Part shown: positions 1 through 11,428 of the stretch, piece by piece
Position numbering within the stretch: the stretch's first letter is position 1
How the letters are laid out: each line of letters starts with the position of its first letter
From: Dimorphilus gyrociliatus
Lineage: Eukaryota; Animalia; Annelida
Assembly: GCA_904063045.1 (NCBI GenBank)
Contig: CAJFCJ010000021.1
Location: forward strand, 1 to 64,000
DNA: 64,000 bases
Direction of reading: 5' to 3'
Position numbers and translations under genes: made by a program
The notes under the pieces: model-generated
The model's database searches: none
What the model saw: only the letters and a program-made list of their open reading frames with translations
Told to the model about the DNA's origin: nothing

Positions 1-2436
1 AACTGGTTTAATATATGTGTACATGAATAACGTAAAGGTTAAAACAACTATTGGAAATTATTAATCGAAGTGTCAAAAGTAAAGGAGTTTGAAGGGTGAA
101 ATTCAAGTATTCAATATGTTATTCTATTTGGTAAGTTGAATGGCATATTATTAATTGGAATATAAGACCGGAACAAAGTTTGAATCGATGCCAAATTCAC
201 ACGAGCTTTTGAAAGCCGATTTACTTTGCAAGTCTAACATTCTCAATTATAGAGATTTTCTATTTTACGAAATTTATTACTTCTGGAACTCAATTACAGA
301 GATAAAAAGATAGCAAAAGTATTCTTTATTTTCTCAACTTATTTACCATATTAGTGTAACAATATATTGATCCGTAAGATTAGACGAATACAATGAATAC
401 GGTACAGAGATGGGAAGGGATGCGAGGGGGAGGGCGTAAGGGGAAAGGCTTCAGGGCTTGATTGTTTTAACTTGTTCGTAAACGCTACAGGGTAGCGAGG
501 TCAAAGGTATCTTATTTACCTAAATGAAATAAACATATTTATGTCAAAAGTCAACAGATTACTTTTCTAACCTTATTATTTATTTCATTTTTATATTCCA
601 ATTTGCATATAACAAAAAGCAAAGTCTATTGGGAAATATTTAATAGCTGTCTCTTTTGTCCCCTATAGTTGTCGGCCTATTTACATATGGATTAACTCTA
701 AATAGACTCTTAGAAAGAGATATACAGTATATATATAGATATATATATACATATATTATATATATATATATTTGTATATAGAAGTAACAAAATAACAAAT
801 AGTTTTGAGAGATATAAATAAAAAATACTATAATGCAGAAGGTATAAGGCTTTTTTTGTGTAGCCCACACCTGTCTGATGTTGATACTTTGCCCTTTTTC
901 CAATTTTGACTGTCAACAGTTATAGAGTCGGAATCTTTCTCTTCTCTGTATTTTTCTCCCTCCCTCTCTTATACTCTTTAGTATCTGCAAGCACTCTTTG
1001 TAAAGTATGAAGGCAGATTTCTTTTTCGATAGAATCCATATACGGTTTCTATCATTTCCGCTCTTTCTAGAAATTCAATATTTGAAAACTTTCAAAAAAA
1101 AAGAGAGAATCTAAAAGAATGAAGAAAGAGCAGAACTCGAATGATGATGATAGCTCTTTCGTATATTTTATAGGCTTATTATGTAATTTTATTCCTTGAG
1201 TCGACTTTTAAAACTTTCCCTTTCGCTCTTTCCTCCTCTCTCTCTCGCTCTGCCTTTCTGTCGATCGTTTTCTCTCCTTATTCGTATACTTACGCCTCCT
1301 CGTCTTTCCTTTCGAAAATGTCGAGTTGTCAATTAGAGCTGAGTGCAATCCTATTCATTGTCTAATTAGAGTAATACGTTAATTAAAAAAAGATGTTGCG
1401 TTTAATAAAAAAGAATGAAGGATTTCTTTAAATAATAGAAAGGGAAAGGGTATACTAATGGGCAATAAGCTGGTATGTATTGTTCTATTATCTCATATTT
1501 TGTTTTGTTGTTGATGATTAAGTTTAAGAAAATAGAGAAACTAAGAATTAAAAAGGGTAAATAACAATAGTTTTATTTTCAAAGGTAATCGTACTTCAGT
1601 CCTGCTGACTACCCCTTATATTTTCGAGTTAATCAAGCGCACAATCTTTTTCTTGCCTGTTGAAATCTACCGGAAGGGAGATGTACACGCCTTATTAATT
1701 TTCTTTTCATCCAGCATTTGATATATATTAATATTTAATATTTAATATTTAATAGTCTATGTTTCTATATTTAAAACCTAGTAACACGTTGTTTATAATT
1801 GTTCTTCTAATTGTATTTCCTATCAATATCGATCTTTTATATACATAATAATTTCTCTATATACAGAATATTAAACAAAAAATGAACAACAACAAAATTT
1901 CCATTAACATTTCACTAAAAAAAATATTCTAAGCGACTTTTTCGCCATCTATAGGCGGTGATTATTTTACATATATATGTATATATATATATAAGAAAAA
2001 GGTAATATATAACTAGAATTTTGTCTATATAACTATACTGTTTACCCACAAAATAATAATAATGAACAACAAGTCATCTTTAGGGAAATAATAAGTTAAA
2101 CTTGAGCACCATTGATGAAAAATAGTAGAAAAAAAAAGTTTTCAAGATTATAAGGAAAGTTTTCCAAGCTACTAAATAGTTGTTTTCTTCCTCTTTTTAT
2201 GTTTTAGTTCTTTTTTTTCCTTTCAAATATTTAAATTATAACTTTAATAATTTTTAAAAACAGTTTTCGCTTTCTTGAAATACCATCTTGATTATATTTC
2301 TCCTGACTTAATTGCCATGAATTTCATATATTGAAGATGGTGAAGAAGGATGCGTAGAGGATAGATAGATGGATGGATGGATGGACTGATGAATATATAG
2401 AGGCAGAGATTGCGAGAAGAAAACACAGACAGTCTT

Positions 2437-5400
2437 TCAGACGACGGAAGAGGGGAGAGGCAATGTTTCGTAAATATTCTCACATGGATTTGTTATTGGT
2501 AATCTAACGTATTCATTCTTAGCCAATCCATCTTCTTCTTGTCTGTTTAATTCTGATTCTAGAGCGGACAACTTGCTTGTGCCCTTGTCAATGATTAGCC
2601 AATAAACGTAGCCTAGTTTCTTTCCGTTATCTAAGGAGAAAAAAAATAGAAAATATAAATTAATCGTTTTTATCTAAGAATATATTATACTGATAAGTAA
2701 TCATATCTATGTACGACTATATACTGTATCCTTACAATATAAGGCTAGTTTATAAACATACAAAGAGTGAAAGAGAAAAAACTGGCGGGAGTTCTTTTAT
2801 TTTTTAATTAGCACCTTTAAAGAATTTCTTTTTTTACTCTTGAAGTAAATTTTTTTACACAATCGTAACAAAAAAAAAATCCTTCTTTTACTCTTCAATT
2901 CTTTCCCTCTGTCAAAATCCTCCCTCCTCCCACTTTCTCCGCCCACCTTCTCCACCAATCTTTAAAATTATTTAACTAAAATCTCATTTTCCCCCGTACT
3001 TATTATGTAATAAACAGGTGCCATTACCTAAAATACCAATTTAGAGAATAACAGGTAGTCAGAAGTAGATGACTATCGTCTTTTTGTTACTAAAGACATA
3101 ATAATCATCTTAACATTAAGAAAGAAAGAGAGAGAGGGAGAGAGAGAGAGGAGGGGAGGGAAAGAGCTAAACAAAGAAAAACAGTAATAAAACTTAAACA
3201 GACATAGAAAAAGTTTCAAAATACAGTTAAACATTTTATAGGCCAACAGAATGAATACTTTACTTAAATTTTATTCGGTTTTTGTGATTGTACAAGTATT
3301 AACGTTAAGCTTCGGTGTTGTAAAAATAAAATCTCCTAAATAGAGACTGGGCCTTTGATGAGAGGGTATAAAAAAAACTAAATACTATCTATTTATATCC
3401 CAATACAATACAAATTCTCATTCAATTCTATCTATCTATACCTTCTTATTTTTCTCCTCCTCCTCCTCCTCCTAAAACTTTTCTCTATTCTATAGTCCAA
3501 AGTTTTGTTCTCTTTGAACTTTCCCTCTTATTTTAATTTTGTTTTTCTTTTCGTGTTTTTGGCGGGAAGAAAACAAATTTGAGGTTTAAAAATAAATTAG
3601 GCGTTAACAATAGATAATAATAATAAAAAGGGAGGACTACAAATGATTTTGGAAAGATATAGAATAAGAGAAGCAAATTAGATGGTTTCACTTTAATCGT
3701 CGCCGATCGGCACCCGAGAACAAATTGCCGATGGCCATATAAACTTTCACGCCATTCGCAATTGCCTATTTAGGAAAAGATCAAAGTAAAACTAAATATT
3801 GAAGTAAAAACTTGTTCGTATTGATTTTAACGCAACTTTTAGCAAACACAACTAATCTCTTTATAAACCTTTTTTTATATATAAAAAAAAGAAATTAAGA
3901 AGAAAAGAAAAGAAAATATTCTGTCTATCTGTCTCCCTATTTCTTAACTTCCACCTTCGACGGCCCCCTCCCACTTCTCCTATTTCTATTCCCCACCCAA
4001 AGTTATACCTAACCCTTTTTATCGATAATTTTTTGTCTATATTGTTACAAATAACGGAAGGACCTGGAACAATCTAACCCATGCCGGTAGGGTTATTCAA
4101 ATCAATAACTATAAAATTCTATTGTTAAAATAATAAAAAAGGATGAAAACTTTTTAACTACTGTTATACTCATAATAGGGGAATAATGACCAAAAAAATG
4201 CACAACAGGTTACATTGAACCAATAAAAGTTTCGGTGTTGCCATAAATAAATAGGCAAGTAGAACCTATTTACATAAAAGTTATGGTTAACCAAGTACTC
4301 TTTATTGTTTATACACACTGTATGTGTATAAATATAATTGATAGGCCTAATTGCGGGTGAGAAAAGAGTGGGTGGGTAAGAAATAGAAAATAATAGATAT
4401 AGACAAAGATAGAAAAATGATTTTTTAAATTTCTTCTTGAAAAGTAGGAGGGGTACTAAGGGTTTCTCAGACATATATATTACTATACTGTATGTAGTCC
4501 TATTTACGCGTCTGATAATGCTCAATTGGTATTTTTTAGGTCTATTAATGTCTAAATAAATACCCTAGTGACGAGAGATAGTGTCCTATGGTAAAAAAGA
4601 TTGATAAAAAAAGTGAAAACTAAAGAAAATTGTCTATTTCGCGCCGAACCCGAAAATCGTTTTTAAATTATAATAGCGTGAGCTCGTAAATCGGTGCGAA
4701 ACGACATTTAGCGTTATTTTCTTTTGGTACCCCCCTCCCCTCTTCTCTCGTTGAACCCCCCACACTTCTTATTTCTTAAAAAACTCCACATGCCCCAATT
4801 CTCTATAAAGACCAATATAGTGCACCTGTCAGCCTTCTAGCCCCCGCTTATTTTATGCAGTTGTTTAACGAGTCTTGACCCATAGGCGAATCATTTTAAA
4901 TATCGCCATTTTTTTCATTCAAATACCTACTAAATATTTTCATATCTAAATTTATATACTTAAAACCTGTATCTATATATCTAATAATAACATATATATG
5001 TATATAATAATAGTAAATATGTACTTACTATCGTAGAAAGGTTGACACCGGCTTCTTAAAAATACGATGAGAAGAACGATGAACATAAGGCATAGCATTC
5101 CAATTGAAATTGGTATAATTGTATACACGTACCAGTAGGATGAATCTGTAACTAAAGTATAAAATTGATATAGTTATAAGAATTTTAATATATTTATATA
5201 TCTTTCATTTATATAAAAGGTTAAATCGCCCGCATAACATTTCGTATGAATTATGAAGCATCCTGTTCAAACATCCGTAAAAAAAAACATAAAGAATACA
5301 CTCTTTCGCATAGCTCTCCCATTTTTTTTTCTTTCCCTTCTCTTCTCTCTTTATCTCCCTTTGTCTATCTAAACCTAATATTTTCTCTGTCTACCTGATA

Positions 5401-7479
5401 ATTAACGAGGAAAATTTTTTGTAATTTGCTTTCTTTCCTACATAGACATCTCGTAATCCTATAATTAATTTCCAGAGAAAGAAAGAGACAGACAGAGAAA
5501 GAGAGAATAACGACAAAAAGCGTCTATTGTATTATTTTTTTTTTTTAAACTCTCTTCTAATCGTTGACCCTAAAACGCTTCTTTAATGGGCAACAGATTA
5601 TACTCGTTCATTCGTTTCTTCTCTCTATCCTTCTCCAATATATAAATAAAATATATTTTTAATAGTTATTCAATTTCCCAAAGATCTCTAATGTGCATTT
5701 TCTTTCCGCATCTGTCGAAATTACACAGGAAATATCAACTCAACCTCCCGCATTATCAAAAAAATTTTTGAGGTGGGATTTTTTTTATCAGACAATGGTT
5801 TGAAGAAAAAAAAACCTGCCTTCCGTCCTTACGAATTAATCTCGGGTAAGGGAAATTGAAAGGGGGGAAAAGACAACATTATGAAGTGGGGAGGATATTG
5901 AGAATAAGGATTTTTAGGGGTTGGGAGAAGGTAAAGGGAAATAAAGAGCTAGTATTACAACTTTTATTATATACAGGTATATAGAAGATAAAAGATTTGA
6001 ATGTGGTTATAAAACAAAGGAATATTCATTGTCTATTTATTGTATTATCTATATGGTTGTCTCCCAATATTCCTGAATATTTCGAAATATCGTCTATATT
6101 CAATAATGAGCGGAAAGCACAATACAAAGTGGCATTAATAGTATATCTTTTATGGTATATATATATATAAATTTATATATATTCACTGTACATATAAACG
6201 ATTATATAGATAATAGATTGAGAAGAGGAATAATAAAAACAATTGAGAAAAGTCAAGCCTAGGCCATTTCGGACGTGTTTGAGCTTGTACAACGATAAAC
6301 GATAGGCTGATTAGAAAAAGAATCAAAATGCGACAATGACAGTTGAATAGTTTAATTAGATAGTTTTATCTGTCTAATTGCCTTCATTTTCTCTTTTAAC
6401 CACATTAACCTATTAGTTGGTGGACAAACGATGGCTTAAATCTCAAGAGACACATTTCATACATCAAAAGAATTCTCGCGTGCCTTACGTAATCTTTCGT
6501 AATCTGAACGAGCGTACACACTAAGCGGTATCCTTTCTTCCTTCCCACTTTTTTTACACCAAATATATTTATATAGACGGGTAAATTAGTTGAAGAGAGT
6601 GAGAGGAGAGGAAGAAGAAGAAGAAAGAGAATGGAATCAAAACTAGGGGAAAGAGAGCAGCGAAAGCTAAGAATCTTAGGAATGCGACGCCTTTTAATGT
6701 AAGCGCGTGACAAAATGGAAAATAATACGATTTTACTACTTTTATCGCCTGTTTTATTCTTTGATTTTATGCTTCAATTATGACCGTTCGGTTGGACGAA
6801 TATTCGGAATGTACTCTTTTTTAACAGCGCGTGCCCCTTTTTAAATTCTTATCCATGAATAATTTGGTTAGTTATAAAGAATAAAAGGAGCAAAGGATAG
6901 TTTATAAGGGAAAGAGAGGGAAAGAAAGGTAAGGAATAAACGAGACCGTCAATACTACAGTATTAGTCACATTAAAAAAATATTTCAAAATACTTTACTT
7001 TATCTATATAATCTCACTTCCCCCTCCGCCCCCCCCTTAATTACACTTAAAGCCGCCCACTGCCACCCATTTTTTTGGTACTCGATAAAAACTGCTCTAC
7101 GTCTTGTTTTTTCCTATCTCTTAGCCAAAACATTTATAAATTTTTAAACGAATAAAAAATGAAGCTTACCTTGACGGATAGTTTGTTGTTGGAGATTTTC
7201 GTGAACTTTCAAATAATCTCTTACATAAGCCTTTGGAATACTACTTAAAATTTCATCAAAGTGACGGCAAATTGTTGGCACTCTTAGGTGTTCAATGCAT
7301 TTTAATACTTCGACAAAGTCCTTTTCGCAAGGTGTACATAATTTTTGGCAGCTTCTTTTAGCCGAATTATAATATTCATCGCTTGATGGACATCTTCTAG
7401 AGCTTAACGGATTTGAATCTACTAATTGTAATAGTAAGATTGTTAAGATAGCAACGCTGAAACAAACGCTTCTATTCAT
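2437..7479 (-). CDS. Predicted type I membrane receptor: signal peptide, one TNFR-like Cys-rich domain, TM helix, Tyr-motif tail. Exons 7479-7170, 5145-5029, optional 3765-3692, terminal 2612 (or 2583)-2437
   Basis: Exon 1 encodes MNRSVCFSVAILTILLLQLVDS (signal peptide) then CPSSDEYYNSAKRSCQKLCTPC...C...C and ends at CAAG|GTAAGC (phase 1). A 117-nt phase-1 symmetric exon (TTACAG| ... |GTAAGT) encodes DSSYWYVYTIIPISIGMLCLMFIVLLIVFLRSRCQPFYD, a clear TM. The terminal exon is open in the matching phase: ...NEYVRLPITNPCENIYETLPLPSSVV*. Linkage of exons is inferred from phase. Confidence 0.6.
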
Positions 7480-8988
7480 GATGATTTCTTTTCTTTTTCT
7501 CCTTGTCTTTCTTTCAAATTTCTATGTCGATTTGCGACCTTTCACTTTCCACTTTCCGTTTAATACTGAGAGTTCAATCGCGGGGAAGTTGACGGAGACT
7601 GTACTTGTCTGGACTTGCCCGGCTCAGCGGAATGAGAGTATAAGGCGCGTAATCGGGCCAATCAGCTGTAAGTAGCGGTCAAAACGGCAACCAACCAGCT
7701 TTCTCCTCTTTCTGAGCAATAGATGGCGGTAAGTATCTCTGTAAAAATTGTTTCCGACGATTACAGAGCGACCTCTATAGTAATTATAGGATATTTTTTA
7801 AATTGGAATAAATGATTAAAAGAAACAAATATGCACATAGAATACAATTATTCTTTTTTTACCATTAGATAAAAAAAACAATGTATACCTGAAATTTTGT
7901 ATCGTTTCTAAAGGAAAAAAAACTGGTGTTATCTTTTGCATGAGGTTTACAACATATGACACTACTCAAGAAAAAAAAACAGGAAAAAAATGTTGTTACA
8001 AATTATCAGAGAGTATAACGTGATGAAAAGAATTTTAAAAGGGACAAATGTTCCAAACTTTCAAGTGACAAGCACTTCCCTAACTACTGGTTGAAATTCT
8101 AAACCCCATTTCGAAGAAAAGACCCTTGGAGTTAACCGCGTGATATCTTCGCTTATTCACCGTTACAACAATTTGACCACATACCGTCTGTCAGTCTGTC
8201 AAAAGAAAATGACTTGTTACGTAATAACGCGAAATAAAATATTTCAACCTAGACGCGAACAAGGCAGTTGTCAAGAGACAAGAAGGGATAATTGGCGTGG
8301 GGAGGAGACATCGTATTGTAAGGCAATGGTTCGTGCTAATGCACATTATCATACATTTTTACCCTTATGTTCCGGATGTATCCTAGTGTTTTGTCTATCG
8401 AAAGAACGCAATGAGGCGATTTATAGGGTTCCTACTTATAGAATCTCCTCCCTCTCCCCCTTTTCTCTATAATGATACAAGGGAAAATCGTATGGGAATA
8501 CATCGCCCCAGTACCCCTTGCCTCCTATAAAGAATCTGTTCGTGATAAACTACTGTCTGTCTTTAATTTTATCTTTCTTTACACCCCTCTCCTACATCTT
8601 CGTTACATAATTCTCACGACTTTCACTCTAATTTTCGAGATAAATCAGCAACCTTTTGCTTATCATCCAACCACTTCAACTATACCTTCTTTGTACCAGT
8701 TTTTTTAATAATATTTTCAGAGGTTAATTTCCATAATTCACTTTTTCTTAATATGATTTAGCAATCTATTTGCTGCTATACTTTTACTACAAGTCTCTCT
8801 CTCTCTTTCTATATACTAATATGTAAATTATACATATAAAGAGATTTAAGAAAGGATCACGCCATACCAGTTACGGTTGTCAAAATAAATTGAAGAAAAC
8901 CTATAAAATTGGGAAAGGTAGATGCAGTAGGAAAATCTAAATTAAAAAAAGTAAAAAGAAAGTAAAAAGGCTTGTTGCAAATAAGAAA

Positions 8989-9074
8989 ATGTCAGCCTCT
9001 GAGAGTAAGCCCATTGTTTTTTTGTAAAGAGTTTTTATGTAAGGATGGTAATTTCTTCCTCTTGATAAAGTATG

Positions 9075-9112
<38 letters not shown>

Positions 9113-10552
9113 ATATATTATGGTAGTATGTGTATTATATTATCAGTAATTAAATGATTAATAAATAGGAGATTTCGACAAATTCTTCGCGAAACCAGTG
9201 GAAAATTACTACATTAGTTTGTATAATTAATTACAACTGAAATATGAATATTTAAAATATATATTAATTATTGTTATTTTATTATAATATTTTTATAGTT
9301 GCTGATTTTGAGAATTTATTAAGGAAGCATAAAAATTATTTCATAAGGAGATTTAACGATTTCTTTAAGATTTTGGATAATCTACCAAACAGTGCCACAG
9401 ATTCTTCAAGCCTTGAATCTGGTTTACTCTTTACACTTCTAGGTTGTATAAGATCTCTTGTATCTTGTGATGGAAAGGTACGATAGTATAGATAACATTT
9501 TATTGGGTCATTTATTAAATAAATAGACCATTTTCCCACTGTAGATCTTAACAGAAAAGCACATAAAGTCACTAACGACACTTGGAAAAAATTCTCAATG
9601 TCCTAATATGACTAGTTCTTTAATAGGATGTATATTTTATTCTGTTTGCAATGTACAATACAAAATACTCGACTCTTTTGCTGAAGATTTAAAGTTACTG
9701 GCAGACAGCGATATTAATAGCGCTTGTCAGTACAGCATGATTTTTGGCATGATTGGCTGCGAAGTTGATCAGGTATATTAAAATGAAAAAACATAAATAT
9801 AGTAAAACTAGCTAAAGGCAAAGATATGATAGGAGATTAGAGAGTGTCAAGAGAGAAAGAGAGAGAAAGAGAGTATGTGTATAAATACGTAGTTGGTAGG
9901 CAAATATCTATATGATTGTTTGACAAAGAGAAGAGGAAAACTATACAGTATAATTTGATTGTCTTTTAGAATAGAGCCAGACTATACGCAGGCTATATCA
10001 TTGAGTTTCTGCAAACCAGTCCAAATATCTACCTAAGTGGTATAGTTTACTACTTACTACAATTGGTCAATACGTATGTATCTTTTAAGTATACATCAAT
10101 TTTTTTCAAGAGCTCTTGAATAATAAACACAGACATCCTACTATCGCTAAGGAGAGGAAGAATGATGTTGAAGAATTATCAAAGAATCCCGCCATGAGGG
10201 ATACTTGCCAGAGTATTTTACAAATAGCCAGTAATACAACGTTAGTATAGCCTACTTACTTCCTTATAGTTATGACTATGATGTTTGTTTTAATCCTCTA
10301 TAAAACAGGGTTAATAACCTCGCAACAAGGGTAGAAAAGTTAGAAAAGGATTTTTCTGATATGCCCCCATTGTTTAAAAAGGAAGAAGAGTTTAACAAGA
10401 TACTAAAGAATTTTGAAGATAGAATGATAAAAAAATTAGGAAATTCTGTTAAGGAGAACATTCGAAATGAAGTTGAGCAATTAAGAAAAGATCTTCTATC
10501 CATAAAAATCTCTAATATGGACGACTTAAAAGCAAACGCTAATAAATCATAA
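8989..10552 (+). CDS. Uncharacterised helical protein resembling the Melted/VEPH1 N-terminal helical region plus a C-terminal coiled coil, no PH domain. Exons about 8989-9004, 9169-9216, 9299-9477, 9545-9772, 9970-~10039, 10111-10240, 10309-10552
   Basis: Chain of GT-AG flanked, phase-compatible open exons. Segment ILDSFAEDLKLLADSDINSACQYSMIFGMIGCEVDQNRARLYAGYIIEFL resembles recalled VEPH1 ALNSFLPMLKEIGERFPYLTGQMARIYGAVGHVDEERARSCLTYLVSQL. The start exon and the exon 5 donor are uncertain. Confidence 0.55.
9076..9109. repeat. (TA)n microsatellite
   Basis: Perfect TA run. Confidence 0.95.
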
Positions 10553-11396
10553 ATTAATAATAAAATTGCTCAATCAAATATAATTAATGTAACAAACCTT
10601 CTTCTCAATATTTAAATGGAATGCTATTAGCTTTATTTAAAACTGGCACAAGGAATTCAAAAGAGATATTCAACAAAACAGATGACAATAATGACATATA
10701 TAAATAAAAGATAAGAGAGGAACCGTTGAGATGAATGTCAATAAGGAAATAAGACATTTGATTGTTCTATCCTCTACCTCTTATAGTAATCATTCAATTT
10801 TAAGTCTATGAAGGCGGAAGGAAGAGTTTTTTATTTATTCTCTGACCGACTTTTTAACAAAATTGAATCATCGTAGAGGGAAGACATTTTTTATAGTATT
10901 GATTAAAGTGTCAGAAACAGTGTTAAATGTAAGGTATACTAATCCCTTTCCTCTTCCGCCTCATAACTGTTTTAAGTAAAATGTCAATGTCAAACGTCTC
11001 TGTGGTGTCATAGAGAGACAGGAAATAGTAGGCTTAATATTTGAAACATTTAAGATAGGATAAGGTTCCCTAGAGGAACTGTCTGAAAGCTAATAACTTC
11101 AATAGAAATCCATTTTACTGAAACTTTATTAGCCCATTATATACGAATTTTCTCGTTAGAAAAATACCTGAATTTATAACTGTATAGGGGTTTAGAATGA
11201 CGCCTATCTAAGCGTACTTCCGACGCCCCACGTTTATTAGTTAACGTGTCATGGTCTTCTGACGACAGTCATATGCAGGTTTTCCTTTTCTTTTTGCATT
11301 TGAGCTATTGCTTGTTAAAATGCTAATTTAATAAATCAATTGAATACTAAAAGAGTGCGTGCGTGTCTGAGTTTCTATATATGAAGCAGAGGTGGG

Positions 11397-11428
<32 letters not shown>
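11397..11428. repeat. (GA)n microsatellite
   Basis: Near-perfect GA run. Confidence 0.85.

Noticed and set aside
640-916. ORFs rich in YIYI/IYIY
   Set aside because: Translations of TA microsatellites. The same applies to ORFs at 14644, 15376, 15472, 15623 and 45384.
6405-6713. 102-aa minus-strand ORF, and GTATCCTTT at 6528 resembling a U12 5' splice site
   Set aside because: The ORF runs through a CT-repeat and has no family signal. The U12-like motif has no supporting upstream open exon on the + strand.
8140-8708. Two + strand ORFs (110 and 78 aa) upstream of the VEPH1-like gene
   Set aside because: No recognisable motif and no phase-consistent splice path to neighbouring exons.
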